From assembly GCF_006345805.1 (NCBI RefSeq), contig NC_042998.1, positions 3,720,001 through 3,784,000 of the forward strand: DNA of 64,000 nt, in the 5' to 3' direction. The notes under the pieces are model-generated. The model saw nothing but the letters and a program-made list of their open reading frames with translations, was not told the origin of the DNA and made no database searches. Position numbers and translations under genes: made by a program. This document shows positions 26,393 through 40,010 of this stretch, piece by piece (position 1 is the stretch's first letter; each line of letters starts with the position of its first letter). Source of the stretch: Octopus sinensis (taxonomy: Eukaryota).

Positions 26393-26708
26393 CGTACATA
26401 TGTATAAGTACATATATACACAACGTATATATATATGCATGTATATATGTATGTGTATGTATGTATATATATATGCATGTATGTATGTATGTATATATAT
26501 ATATATGCATGTATGTATGTATGTATGTATATATATGTATGTATATGTATGTATATATATGTATGTATATGTATGCATGTATATATATATATTAAAGTAT
26601 ATAAATAGAAGTATATATATATATAAATATGTACATATATACATATATATAAGTAGACGTGAAACCGGGCTTAGCTGCTAGTATATAAATATATATACGT
26701 ACATATGT

Positions 26709-26739
<31 letters not shown>

Positions 26740-26966
26740 ATACATATATATATATACATACATATATATATTACGTACATATGTATAAGTACATATATAT
26801 ATACATATATATATATACGTACATATGTATAAGTACATATATACACATACGTACATATGTATATATATATATATATATATATACATATATATAATACATA
26901 TATATACATATATATATATACGTACATATGTATAAGTACATATATACACATACGTACATATGTATA

Positions 26967-27008
<42 letters not shown>

Positions 27009-27115
27009 TACATATATACATACGGATATATTTATGTATACGTATATATTTACATATATACACACATATATATATTTATATACTTTATTTAAAAGCAGCT
27101 GAAATGTAACAAAAG

Positions 27116-27153
27116 CTGTTACTCGGAGTTTCACGTTCCCGTTTGTCGGACAG
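27116..27153 (-). ncRNA. Degenerate type I hammerhead motif (left arm of palindrome)
   Basis: Minus strand: CUGU-CCGACAA-ACG ggaa CGU-GAAA-CUCcGAG-UA/ACAG; stems intact, core has U4C and G8A. Confidence 0.58.
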
Positions 27154-27184
27154 TTTCGTTAAAATAGAATGAAATATAACAAAA

Positions 27185-27222
27185 CCGTCCGACGAACGGG
27201 AACATGAAACTCCGAGTAACAG
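27185..27222 (+). ncRNA. Degenerate type I hammerhead motif (right arm of palindrome)
   Basis: CCGU-CCGACGA-ACG ggaa CAU-GAAA-CUCcGAG-UA/ACAG; stem I extends via uaacaaaac/guuuuguua; U4C core change and one mismatch each in stems I and II. Confidence 0.6.
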
Positions 27223-27365
27223 GTTTTGTTACATTTCTGCTGCTTTTAAATAAAGCATATTACTCTACCTCTGGTATTTGAGTACTCTTTTTTCCACCTT
27301 GTTTCACTTGTATGTGCTTACTCCGGTATATATTTATATATATATACATATATGCGTATATATAT

Positions 27366-27401
<36 letters not shown>

Positions 27402-28109
27402 GTATGTATTTATATATATATTATATATGTGTGTATATATTTACGTTTGTATATGTGCTTGTGTGTGTGTGTGTAGTGTGTGTACCGATATATATGTGTG
27501 TGTGGCGTGTGTGCATCCGTATGTGAGATTATGGTCACTGATTGTTATTTATAATTTGTGAACGTTAATAATTATCTTTTACTAATTCAAACATATTAAA
27601 TTGCTTCAATTTCGTTTCATATCTTCCACACTCACCACAACTCCTGCCCCTTCTCTTTCTCATCTACTCTTCTTTCGTCTTCACGTTCTGTGTTATTAAT
27701 ATGCCATTTCTTGCTTCTTCTATCTCCTCCTCTACTTCTCCTTCCATCACTTTTCGCTCACTTCCTCTAACTACCACCATTTAATAAACTTAGTAAGTAA
27801 ACTAATAATAATAATAATAACAATAATAGTAATTATAATACTGACCAAACCAATTTCAGTATTGGATCCAACTCCTCCCACATTGTATTTAACACACCCA
27901 TCCATGAAAATAAATAAAGAACGCCCCTCCTACCTACTTGGACTGTCTACAACTTGAGAGGGCAACGACCGAAGAAACTTCGAAGTCACTAATGAAAAAT
28001 ATTAAAGACAAACAGAAACTATCATACATGATATGTACACACACATACACACAAAAGTATATATATATATATATATGCGTACATATATATACATACGGAT
28101 ATATTTATG

Positions 28110-28142
<33 letters not shown>

Positions 28143-28166
28143 GTATGTATATATATGTATGTATGT

Positions 28167-28200
<34 letters not shown>

Positions 28201-28325
28201 GTATATATGTATGTATGTATATATGTATGTATGTATATATGTATCTATGTATGTATATATATATGTATGTATGTATATATATATGTATGTATATATATAT
28301 GTATGTATGTATATATGTATGTATG

Positions 28326-28390
<65 letters not shown>

Positions 28391-28480
28391 GTATGTATAT
28401 ATATGTATGTATGTATATATATATATATATGTATGTATATATATATATATGTATGTATGTATATATATGTATGTATGTAT

Positions 28481-28521
<41 letters not shown>

Positions 28522-28647
28522 TATGTATGTATGTATATATATGTATGTATAATATATATGTATGTATGTATATATATATGTACGTATGTATATATATGTA
28601 TGTATGTATATATGTATGTATGTATATATATATGTATGTATGTATAT

Positions 28648-29682
28648 ATCATTTACATTAATGACATTAATGACATCATCAAGCACAGCAACATAAAAAT
28701 CTTTGCAGATGACTCCAAGCTACAGAAGGTCATAAATGAGGCGAGTGACCGGACATGCCTTCAGTCAGATCTACTGGCTGTTATCCAATGGGCAGAAAAA
28801 AACAATATGCTGCTGAACGAGGATAAATTTGAGCTAATCCACTTTGGAAAAGAGGATGCCCTGAAACTCCCATACTCCCTTCCTTCAGGTGAAACTCTCG
28901 CGGCGTCCAACAACATCAGAGACTTGGGAGTAATTGTGGACAACAACGTAAGCTGGGCCACTCATATAAACACCAAAGTTGACATGGCCCGCAGAATGTG
29001 TTCCTGGATTCTCAGAACTTTCCAGTCGAGAGATATCCACACCATTATCCTTCTCTTCTCCACTTTTGCCCGACCCCACCTTGAATACTGTTGTCCACTG
29101 TGGTCTCCCCACACAATACAAGGTATCATAAAAGTTGAAGCACCTCAAAGGGCAATCACAAAAAAGATAGATGGCATGACAGGCCTCGACTATTGGGGTC
29201 GACTAGAAAAGCTAAAACTCTATTCTCTCCAACGTCGTCGTGAGCGCTACATCATCTGCATGATGTGGAAAATATTCCATCAGCATTGCCCAAATGATGT
29301 TGGCATCACCTTTAAGGTACATCCAAGGCTTGGTCCCCGTGCCATCCGCCCAAAACAAAAATCGCACTCTCATCTCATAACAACAATACGGCACAATTAT
29401 TTCACCTCAATTGGCCCCGCTCTCTTTAACATTACACCAAAACACATTAAAACAGAAACTGACCCTATAGGGTTCAAGAAGTCTTTGGACAGATTCCTTC
29501 AAGAAATCCCGGATAAACCCCCTACACCCGGATATGTCTCTGTAAACAATAACTCTCTACTTGAGTGGGCCATAGTGCCCAAATTCTGACTCGAAAGACT
29601 TCACCAGGTGGTGCTATTAAGTTAGACATGGCCTGGGCCAATAATGGCCGAAACCTATCAAAGTATCAAAGTGTCAAAGTAT
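28648..29682 (+). mobile_element. 5'-truncated CR1-clade LINE with intact RT C-terminal frame (about 310 codons) and (ATCAAAGT)3 tail
   Basis: IYINDI...[26 protein letters not shown] and LYSLQRRRERY motifs; stop at 29587-29589; octamer tandem tail as in CR1; (TA/TATG)n on both sides. Confidence 0.92.
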
Positions 29683-29713
29683 ATGTATGTATGTATATAT
29701 ATATGTATGTATG

Positions 29714-29752
<39 letters not shown>

Positions 29753-30343
29753 GTATGTGTATATATATGTATGTATGTATGTATATATATGTATGTATGT
29801 ATATATATATATGTATGTATGTATATATATATATGTATGTATGTATATATATATATGTATGTATATATATATATATGTATGTATATATGCATGTATGTAT
29901 ATATATATGTATGTATGTATATATGTATGTATATATGTATGTATGTATATATGTATATGTGTATGTATATATGTGTGTATGTATATATGTGTGTATGTAT
30001 ATATGTGTGTATGTATATATGTGTGTATGTATATATGTATGTATGTATATATGTGTGTATGTATATATATATATATATATGTATGTATATGTATATAAAT
30101 GCATGTATATATGTATGTATATGTATGTGCATGTATATATGTATGTGTATGTATATATATATGCATATATATATATGCATATCATGTTTAGGATATTTGG
30201 CTTACAATCATAAGGTTGTGAGTTCAATACTCGGCGGCACATTGCGTCCTTGTGCAAGTCACTTTATTGCATGTTGCTCCAGTTCACACAATTGGCAATA
30301 AACGGTTGTACAGAAAAATCTGAAAATTCAGAAAAATTGTAAT

Positions 30344-30551
30344 ACCTGCGTATAATAAGGAATGACCACTAAGTGGACATCCAATATGCTAGAAGAAATG
30401 TATTTTTTATATTTTCATGTCTTACCCGCTTATCTTCTGGTGTTTGCTGAATTTCTCTAGAGAACATTCTTTCTTTGTGGTGAGATCTTAGAGGATTTTC
30501 TTCTAGCGTATTGGATGTCCATTTAGTGGTCATCCCTTATTATACGCATGT
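30344..30551. repeat. About 55-bp inverted repeats around about 100 bp
   Basis: tgcgtataataagggaatgaccactaagtggacatccaatatgctagaagaaa mirrored at about 30495-30548. Confidence 0.85.
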
Positions 30552-30565
30552 GTGTATGTATATAT

Positions 30566-30616
<51 letters not shown>

Positions 30617-31449
30617 TTCACTAGTTTCATGTCATTGAACTGCGGTGATGTTAGTGCATCATCTTCAATATATTTGTAGTCGATCATATTGACGTAAAAG
30701 GATGCAGCTCGATGTAGCTTTTGTTAAAATGGTACACACACGTGCAGGTGCACATACAGATATACACACCAAAGGCCTCTGTGCGGTTTTCGACTACCAG
30801 ATCCAAGTACAAGACATTGGTTAACCCTGGATTACAATATAATATAGAATATAGGTGTCATCCATTCAGATCGAACTCCGAAACATAGCTTCTTAACCAC
30901 ACAGCTATGCTGCATAATACATCCAACCATCCATCCGTCCGTCCGTCCGTCCATCCATCCATCCATACATGTTAAATGCTTAAGGGACCACGCCCTATGA
31001 AATTCCTGGATCAGCCATCTGCACACATCCACAAATACGAATGAAATTACAATTGTGTAATCTAACTTTATTCGTTATTTTTCTTATTTTACAGTTAGAA
31101 TACGGTAACTTATTGCTAGAATCACTTGCGTAATGATATTTATTATGTTATTTTTTTGCTCGGTTTTAAGGATTAATCTAATGCACCTAAAATATTCTTT
31201 CCTAATCTCTTTCATTTGAGTGGGTTGTACCCTGTGTAGTTTCTATGTATTTGTAAACCCGTGGATAATCTAATTCCCCGATCTCCGTTTCTTTATCTAA
31301 AATTTGTTTTTTAAAATTATTTTTCGTTACTCTGCTTCCTTTCAATGTTGCATTTACACATTTTCAAAACCAAATTTCTATACTTGTTCTGTGTATTCTT
31401 GTAAAAAAAAAGAATGCTTCCAGCTCTTTATTACCTGCATTGTACAACT

Positions 31450-32050
31450 TACTTAAGCCCTTCGGTCTCTGTGGAACGTAGGCTGTCGATGATCAATCTC
31501 TACTGTTTTCGACTCTAGACTACTAGCGTAGCTGGAGGAGGTGTGTATTAGTGTGGAGGGGAGGTGTGCGATAGGGGCGGTACCTTTAAAGTGACACCAC
31601 TTTTGGGTTTGCTGTAGGCAATATGACTTTCTGTGGGGTCTGGGGGCAGCAAACGGAAGGGTCGCACCAGGCGGCACACACTCTGGCTACGCTAGTGTTC
31701 TGCACTGTTTTCTGCTTCTCTCCACCTGGGCCCCTGTTCTTCCTTGCAACTCCCTTTCGAATTTCATTTCCCAACGTCATATGATTCCCTGAAGGAAGGC
31801 CCTCTTCTCCCAGGTCCTGCTGGTTCTGAATTGTCATCGATGTTTCTATACCTTCACTCGACACAAACCAATTTTTACGTTTGAGAAGAGGTGGTCCATA
31901 TTAGTCTAATCCTTTGACCTGTCCATAATGAGAGGACCTACCAGGAGCTTACACTCCATTGGCATAGCTCTTAGGATCAATATGACACACAAGCCATCAC
32001 ACTGCAGCAAGGACTGGACCTTGTGCTTGGCAGCGGACAACTTCGTGTCA
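31450..32050 (-). mobile_element. GC-richer old repeat, possibly an RTE-like 5' UTR
   Basis: GC-rich island; minus-strand gctcctggtagg...ggacaggtcaaagg..agactaa resembles RTE 5' UTR motifs as recalled; no convincing ORF. Confidence 0.3.
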
Positions 32051-32184
32051 TCTATACGTAAAAAAAAAAAAATGTGATTGCTTTCTCCTAGCATCTATAT
32101 CTGAGTCCAGCCCATTGATTGAAAGTGTTTTAATGCTAGTTTGAAATGAAATGGAGAAAGAGTGTCCCCTTACAATATTACTTA

Positions 32185-32375
32185 CACTGGCAAAAATAAA
32201 TTTAAGACCGATGATAAAAGTTCTGTACAAAAATAGTTATCGTCTGCATCATTCAAAAGAGAAATAAATTCTGCATAAGGTGTAAAAGATAAAAATAATT
32301 TGTATGGTGTTAGTAACAAAAATTTTGTAAGAAATAGAACTTTTATCATCGGTCTTAAATTTATTTTCGCCAGTA
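32185..32375. mobile_element. Tc1-like MITE with about 39-bp TIRs and TA flanks
   Basis: actggcaaaaataaatttaagaccgatgataaaagttct is mirrored by agaacttttatcatcggtcttaaatttattttcgccagt; TA on both sides. Confidence 0.8.
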
Positions 32376-32439
32376 TATCTAATGAAAATTCATTTTTTGT
32401 TTGTATCCGCAGAATCGGTTTTCATTTATCCGTAACACA

Positions 32440-33100
32440 TTTCGGGTACTTGCTTCTTATTGGTGTTTCCTGACACATGGTTAATACTTTTTGTAAGTAC
32501 CGGTAGTGAAGTCTGTCAAAGATCTTTTGGAAATCAATCCATGCCATAGTCGAACTCTTCTTTCTCCTTCTATAAGTCTTTATCTGATTTAGCTTTGTTG
32601 ATCAGACATTGAGCGTTAGAACAACCACGAACCATTGCAACATTCTTTCTGTTCCTCTGGGAATGACTTCGATTCTGATGGTTGTCTTTTAAATCTCTAG
32701 GATTAAGATGGTTTTTCCTTTTGGTGAGCTATTCAAGCTTTGTTTCTTTCCTTTTTTTGTTTCCATTAAGATAATTAAATATTTATATGCGCATATGAAA
32801 TATTTCAATCAGAAGTCTGGAAATTTTTTATCAATTTCCGATGCTTTAGTATCGCTGTTTTAGTTTTATTTGGTTTTAGTAGTGTCGAAGCTAATTTTGT
32901 ACTGTTATTGCTTCTCACAGTTGTTTGGGTTCTGCACTTGTTTGTTTTGAACATTTTCATCCCTGCATATTTGTTTGTTGTTTGTACTTCTCCACAAAAT
33001 ACTTTTACTTCTTGTGTTCTTAGCACTACATCGATTTCTATTTTATTTTTACCCACTTTTTGATAAAATCGTTTTTGGTCGCAGTGGAACTGTTTATTTT
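32440..33100 (-). mobile_element. Old R4/Dong-like fragment (pre-RT region and RT start)
   Basis: NKQFHCDQKRFYQKVGKNKIEI..EVKVF, then PEEQKECC..RGC..LINKA..TMAWIDFQKIFD, with stops and frameshifts. Confidence 0.6.
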
Positions 33101-33269
33101 GTTTAAAGAATTATGTTCACTTTTCATTACAATGTATTCTTTGAGATACAGTAAAGACTAGTTATAGGCATTCTTCGATTGTGGTTGTGATTAATTTTTT
33201 TTGCCATGTAATATTTCTGTAGAATTTGTCTCTCCTTCCAGTTGAATCTTTTGATTGACTATTTTAACA

Positions 33270-33693
33270 ATCATCATCATCATCATTCCGTAGTTTTATT
33301 TTTATAGCGTGCTTTCACTTCACTATCGAGCGCAGCTCTGTGTGCATTGGGTATGTGCTGTGATTTGTTGTGATGCTCTGATGGTTATTGTATGGAAAGT
33401 GTTCTGCGTAGGATGTGTGCAGTGCCTAGTAGTGCAATTTTCTGTATGTTATATGTGTTTGTAAGTCCTGGTGTTTTTGTTATGTATTTGTCTGAATATT
33501 TTTTTATCATGCCTAATGCACCTACCATGATAGGAATTGTTTCTGTTTTTAGATTCCACATTCTGGTTACCTCTATTTCCAGGTCTTTGTATTTTGAGAG
33601 TTTCTCCATTTCTTTTAGAGACACGTTGTCATCTGCCGGTATTGATACATCAATTAGAAAGCATTTTTTTTCCTTCATGATCTCTGACAACTA
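33270..33693 (-). mobile_element. R4/Dong-like LINE 3' fragment, endonuclease C-terminus open
   Basis: ORF 33385..33690 KKCFLIDVSIPADDNVSLKEMEKLSKYKDLEIEVTRMWNLKTETIPIMVGALG..ILRRTL; 3' UTR ends in (GAT)n. Confidence 0.85.
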
Positions 33694-33879
33694 TATCTTT
33701 CACCACTCTTTCTCCCACTCTTTCTTCTTTTGGCCTGCTCGCTTAGCCAACGGGGTGGCGTCATTCATTATTATTATTATCATTATTATTATTATTATTT
33801 ATCATCATTATTATTATTATTATTAAACCAGAATTAATTATTATTGTTGTTGTTGTTGTCGTTGTTGATCTGACTCAGG

Positions 33880-34290
33880 TTTCTTCTTATTCCTGTAGAA
33901 TTTATGTGGGTACCAGGTTACTACGTGTAAACCTTAGGTATCCACAAGCTTTCAATAGTCTTTCCAGTGCTCAATAATCTTGTTCCTAAGAGGCAAAGCT
34001 TTCTGTAGCAGCTCTACAAGATATTCTATTTCAATCTCCTTCAACCATTCGTCTATATCTTTACTCACAGTTCCTAATGCACTGTAATAATATTACAGGC
34101 CCAATTTTACAGTCTTCATACTCCAAATTCTTACAATTCCAAATTTCAAGGGGTTGCATTTCTTTAAATTTTACATCCTCTTTCTTTACAATCCTGGAAT
34201 CAAATATACATGAGGGATCAATTAGTAAGCAACTTTGCTTTTCTTTATCTATTATTGTTATGTCTGGAAAATCCCAAACAATTTTGCATT
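33880..34290 (-). mobile_element. Older R4/Dong-like endonuclease fragment
   Basis: With frameshifts: KIVWDF..PDITIIDKEKQSCLLIDPSC..ALGTVSKDIDEWLKEI..ELLQKA. Confidence 0.7.
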
Positions 34291-34651
34291 CTTCTTCTTC
34301 TTCTTCTTCTTCTTCTTCTTCTCCTTCTCCTTCTTCTTCTTCTTATTATTATTAAGGTAGCAAAATGGCAGAATTGTTAACCTGTCAGATAAAATGCTCA
34401 GGGACATTTCATCCATTTTACATTCTGTGTTCAAATTCTGCCTAGGTCAACTTTGCCACTCATCATTTGGGGGTTGATGGTAAAAGTACCAACCAAGCAT
34501 TGGGGTCGATGTAATCGACTCATCCCCTCCCCAAAAGTTGCTGGCCTTGTGTCTATACTAGAAAGGATTATTATTATTATTATTGAATGAGAGAGCAGTG
34601 TATGCCATCAAAGTATTATTATTATTATTATTATTATTATATTATTATTAT

Positions 34652-34689
<38 letters not shown>

Positions 34690-35377
34690 AGGTGTTGAGA
34701 GGACGTTGGTGTTGCCTTGGCAGAGGTTTGCGGTCTCTGAGTTCTCTTGCTATTATTATTATTATTATTATTAATTTAGGTGGAAAGGTGGCAGAATTGT
34801 TACCACTTTGAACAAAATCATAACCGACATTTCGCTTGTATGTTCTGTGTTCAAAATGCTGCTCAACTTTGCCTGTCATTCTTATGGGATCAATAAAATA
34901 AGTACAAGTCAAACATTGGGGTCAATGTAACTGAATAACCCTGCCAAATTTCAAGCCTTGTACCTGAGACGGCAGAATTATCAGCATGCCAAGCAAAATG
35001 CTTAGTGGCATTTGTCTGTCTTTACTTTGGGTTCAAATTCTGCCAAGGTTGACTTTACCTTTCATCCTTTCATGGTTGATAATATAAGTACCAGTTGAGT
35101 ACTGGGGTCGATGCAATCGACTATCCTCTCCCCCAAAATGTCAGGCCTTGTGCTTATAGTAGCAAGGATTTTTATTCTTATTGGGATAATTTCACTGTAC
35201 ATTATTATGCTGATACACATTGTTATATAACTAATTATCCACCAGCTTCTGAATTTTGGCAAGCAATGGTATATATCATCCAACAAGCATGTATATACCT
35301 GCATGTACACACAAGAACACTCTGAAAAACACACACACAATTTTATGTAAAAATATTCTTAGGAAAAATGATTATCC

Positions 35378-35428
<51 letters not shown>

Positions 35429-37672
35429 GAATTAAGTCTTAAGTTTATTTTTAAATTTCTAAATATTAATCTTGTATAAAGGCTTGGTATTTTATAAGCT
35501 GCTTTAATCTCTGTCTGAAATTTATATTAATTTAATAAACAAAAATATTTATATTAAAATGATTATATTTGTAAACATCTATTTTTCATTTCACAACAAC
35601 TGATATACGACTTCATCTTCAATGATAACGTCTACATTTATATGTGTGTGTGTGTGTGTGTGGATTTACTTTTAATTGTTCCAGTTAGAGGCTGTGGCAA
35701 TGCTGGGGCACTGCCGTTTGAAAATGAGTGTGAGTCCCCTGATAAACTATCTCATAGTTTGTTGACTGCTCCTCAGATAAGACTAACTTGGCTTCTGTTT
35801 CCTATATTTCTCCATTCATAACATACATACATGGTCATGATGATGATGATAGTTCTTCATGTCCATAGATCATGAGGATAAAGCAACAGGTTTTTAAATG
35901 ACTGTCAGCTGATCCCTTGAATGGCAAGCTATGGTTTACTATTGGCAAATATGTAGTCTTTGGTCAGATGGGGATTTTGAGGATGAAACCTTTGATGTTT
36001 GTCATCTGGCCTTCTCAAAGTTGCTTGTAGTTGTCTGGATGTAGTCTCACCAAATGTCCCTCTGTGCTGCGACTCCCTCCCACCCTGTGGGGGTCTCCAC
36101 ACGCACAAACACATACATGCATTTACGTACATACCTACATGCATACATACATACATACAGATATAGAGAGCTGGAGAAAGAGAAAATAGATGAGCTTATG
36201 TAGGGGTCTCTACATAATCATTCAGTTGTTATATCTCTCCCTTACTCAAGTATCTTTAAAAAGGACTCAGTTATTGGGCTGTGGCCACACTGAGGCATCA
36301 TCTTGAAGGGTTTTAGTTGAATGAATTGACCCTCATGCATTTTTGTTTTAGAGCTGGTACTTATTCTGTTAGTCTCTTCTATCAAACCAAGACAATTTGA
36401 CCAAGACAATTAGACAATTAGACCAAGACAATTAATAAAATGCTGTATGCTTTAGAAGAAATCCAACAAAGCAAAGTCCATGTTCATGACCCATTCCTTT
36501 CCCATACATACTCACCACCGTTGCTCCCTCGCCCTCCATTCTTCTTCACAGAACCACCTATCTACTTGCACACAATATGCCCCTGTCAAAGCCCTCCCCT
36601 TCTCTCTATCTCTAGCTCTCACTCACCTTTTGAAATCTGGTGAATTCATCCACCAACTCACCTTCTCCAATTCCTGGTTCACTTCACCATATACAGCACA
36701 CTAACTGAATCATGGTCAAATTGACTGAACAAGAGCCTATACCATTTGTTCATCTGTTTTCATGCTTGCATAGGTTGGAGAAATCTGCTATTCGAAGTAT
36801 TGTTTTATAGCCAGATGCCCGTCCTGGTGCTAAACCTTGCCACCTTTTCCTTAAATTAATATATAAAACTGATATCAGATCAAATCTGTTGATCCTCACT
36901 GCATATCATTTATATACTCTTTTTTTTACTTGTTTCAGTCATTTGACTGCGGCCATGCTGGAGCACCGCCGGTTGTCGAGCAAATCGACCCCGGGACTTA
37001 TTCTTTGTAAGTCCAGTACTTATTCTATCGGTCTCTTTTGCCGAACCGCTAAGTGACGGGGACGTAAACACACCAGCATCGGTTGTCTAGCAATGCTAGG
37101 GGGATAAACACAGACACACAAACACACATACATATATATATATATATACATATATACGACAGGCTTCTATATATATATACATATATACGACAGTTTCTGT
37201 CTACCAAATCCACTCACAAGGCATTGGTTGGCCCGGGGCTATAGCAGAAGACACTTGCCCAAGATGCCACGCAGTGGGATTGAACCCGGAACCATGTGGT
37301 TGGTTAGCAAGCTACTTACCACACAGCTACTCCTTATATATAATAGAGATATATTTTCCAAAACTTGCTGTTATTCCATCAGAAGATAACAAATTCGAAA
37401 ACACCTCTACTCTACTCTCCTGAAATAGACTGTTTTTATAATGTAAACTATACAGTGTATCAGTATGATACTATTTAATTTTAATGACAAAATATATTTG
37501 TAAAAAATGTTTGCCTTTTCTTACACTAAAATACTACACATATAATATGAATTCATTCATTCATACATACATACATACAAGAATACACACACACAATGTT
37601 ATATATATGTGGATGTATGTGTGTATGTATATGTGCATATAGTATATATATGTTGTGTTTATATATACATAC

Positions 37673-37716
<44 letters not shown>

Positions 37717-37811
37717 TGTGTGTGTGTTAAATTAATATACAAGACTGACATCAGATCAAATCTCTTCACTCTCTCTGAAGTTATATACATACATATATAA
37801 ATAAATATCAA

Positions 37812-37888
<77 letters not shown>

Positions 37889-38033
37889 ATATATATATAT
37901 ATATATATATCTATATATATATATATATATTATATATATGTGTGTGTGTTAAATTAATATACAAGACTGACATCAGATCAAATCTCTTCACTCTCTCTGA
38001 AGTTATATACATACATATATAAATAAATATCAA

Positions 38034-38112
<79 letters not shown>

Positions 38113-38360
38113 ATATATATATTATATATATATAATATATTACACACACACAGTTATATATATGTGGTTGTATGTGTGCATATATTATATATATGTTGTC
38201 TTCATACATTCATACATATATATATATAAATATATATATATATGTGTATGTGTGTGTGTGTGTGTGTGTGTTAAATTAATATATAAGACTGACATCAGAT
38301 CAAATCTCTTCACTCTCTCTGCATATAAGTTATATACATATATATACATAAATATCTATA
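37717..38360. repeat. Three tandem copies of a unique about 70-bp core with TA/TATC/GT spacers
   Basis: ttaaattaatat.aagactgacatcagatcaaatctcttcactctctctg at about 37727, 37949 and 38271. Confidence 0.9.
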
Positions 38361-39384
38361 TATATATTACACACACCACACACTCTCGTACTTATATATC
38401 TCTGCACATTCACATGTGTGTATATGCATGCATATTTTCTCGTATGTTTTTATTGTTAGCGTATGTATACTTAGATGTATGCACATCTAAATAGATTTTC
38501 ACACCATATCACATAAGCACTCACCAAGGAAGACTGACAGAAATTCAAATGTGATGACAATCGTACATGTGCATACATGTCTGACTCTGTTTGTGTGTGT
38601 GCGTGCATGCATAACTTTTGAAATCAAATATATAAATTTATTTTGAAGAAGTCACCTCAGTACAGTATATAATTCTTAAAACTAGGTGAAAAAAATGGAT
38701 TTGGAATTGTAAAAACGAAAGATTTTTTTTGAATATCAACATGGAATTGTAAAAAAGACATAAAGCAAGTTCCATGTCACTGTTTTCCTCCATCACCACC
38801 ACCACCACCACCACCATCACCACTTTCTATTCTACCAAACGGTTATACTCTCCTTAAACACTGTGTCTGTTTCTCTTCTCCATTCTTGCAACCTACCCAG
38901 CAGTACATCATCTCTCTTTCGTCCTCCTGTTTACTGTATCATCGTTTCTATTTTGCTATACCATACTATTAGACATCCCCTACACCCCCACTCACTCCCG
39001 GCACCACTGACTCAACCATTCCTTCCCACCTTGTATCCTGAAGGTCCACTGTAACACCTCATCACCACTTATATTACTTTCCTACTCAATCTCCTCTCTC
39101 AGTTAAAGTGTAAGTAGTCTTGTGTCTCATCTGAAGCAAGGAACCTGTTCTGCTCTGGACCTTTTCTCTCACACATTACTCTCTTCCACTTCTTATTCTC
39201 CTAGCATAAAGTTGCCTCCTCATTTATTGTTTGTATGGCAATCCCACTAGCGCTGGTCTCGTGAAAAAAGCACCCAGTACACATTGTGAAGTAGTTGGCA
39301 TTAGGTATAGCATCCAGCCACAGAAACCATGCCAAACAGACACTGGAGCAGGGCATAGTCAGTCTGTATGTGTGTGCTTTCAAA

Positions 39385-39600
39385 ATGTGACCTCGTGTGT
39401 ACCGTTGGCGATTTTTTTCCTCTGTCTTCCCTTCTCTGGATCTTTCCTTCTCCTATGTTTCCGACGAAGAGCTCCACTCGAAACGTTAAACCCTCCTTCT
39501 TTCCTTCTTTCCTGAGCGTCCAATAATACTATATTTGTTCCACGTCCTCGCGTTGTTGCGTTTTTTGTGTTTTCTTGTTTGGATTAACTTTATAACCGCA
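39385..39600 (+). mobile_element. Penelope-like/retrozyme-like non-autonomous fragment ending at (TA)n
   Basis: Carries the hammerhead-like motif; its 3' part recurs as a reverse-complement copy at about 3425-3503, also within TA runs. Family assignment is inference. Confidence 0.45.
39457..39491 (+). ncRNA. Minimal hammerhead-like motif in a Penelope-like fragment
   Basis: GUUU-CCGACGA-aGAG cucca CUC-GAAA-CG-UU/AAAC: 4-bp stem I, 3-bp stem II and loopless palindromic stem III (ACGU); U4C deviation. Confidence 0.45.
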
Positions 39601-39954
39601 TATATATATATATATATATATATAAAATAATAATAATAATAATATAAATGATATATAAATATATGCATATATACATACATATATGTACGTACCTACATCT
39701 ATATGTATATATGCATGCATATGTCTTGTACTGTTTTTTCGTTGTTTGAAAAAAGTTCGTTTCCATGTTTTTGTTTTTATGTTTTCATTTCTCCTTGTGT
39801 TCAACGTTTTTTTTTTTTGATGTCCTGTACCAATATATGCATGTATATATACATATAGATGTAAGTATGTACATATATGAATGTATATATGCATATATTT
39901 ATATATTATTTATATCATTATACAATTGAACGCCACGCATCCTTTTCCAAGTAA

Positions 39955-39994
<40 letters not shown>

Positions 39995-40010
39995 TATACA
40001 CACACACACA

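Noticed and set aside
26274-30301. Many long YI/CV/MY/HT-rich ORFs (also 44546-45781, 53087-53906, 57336-58001)
   Set aside because: Translations of TA, TATG and CA microsatellites that lack stops; only the LINE-derived tails of 28033..29589 and 53409..54344 are real coding remnants.
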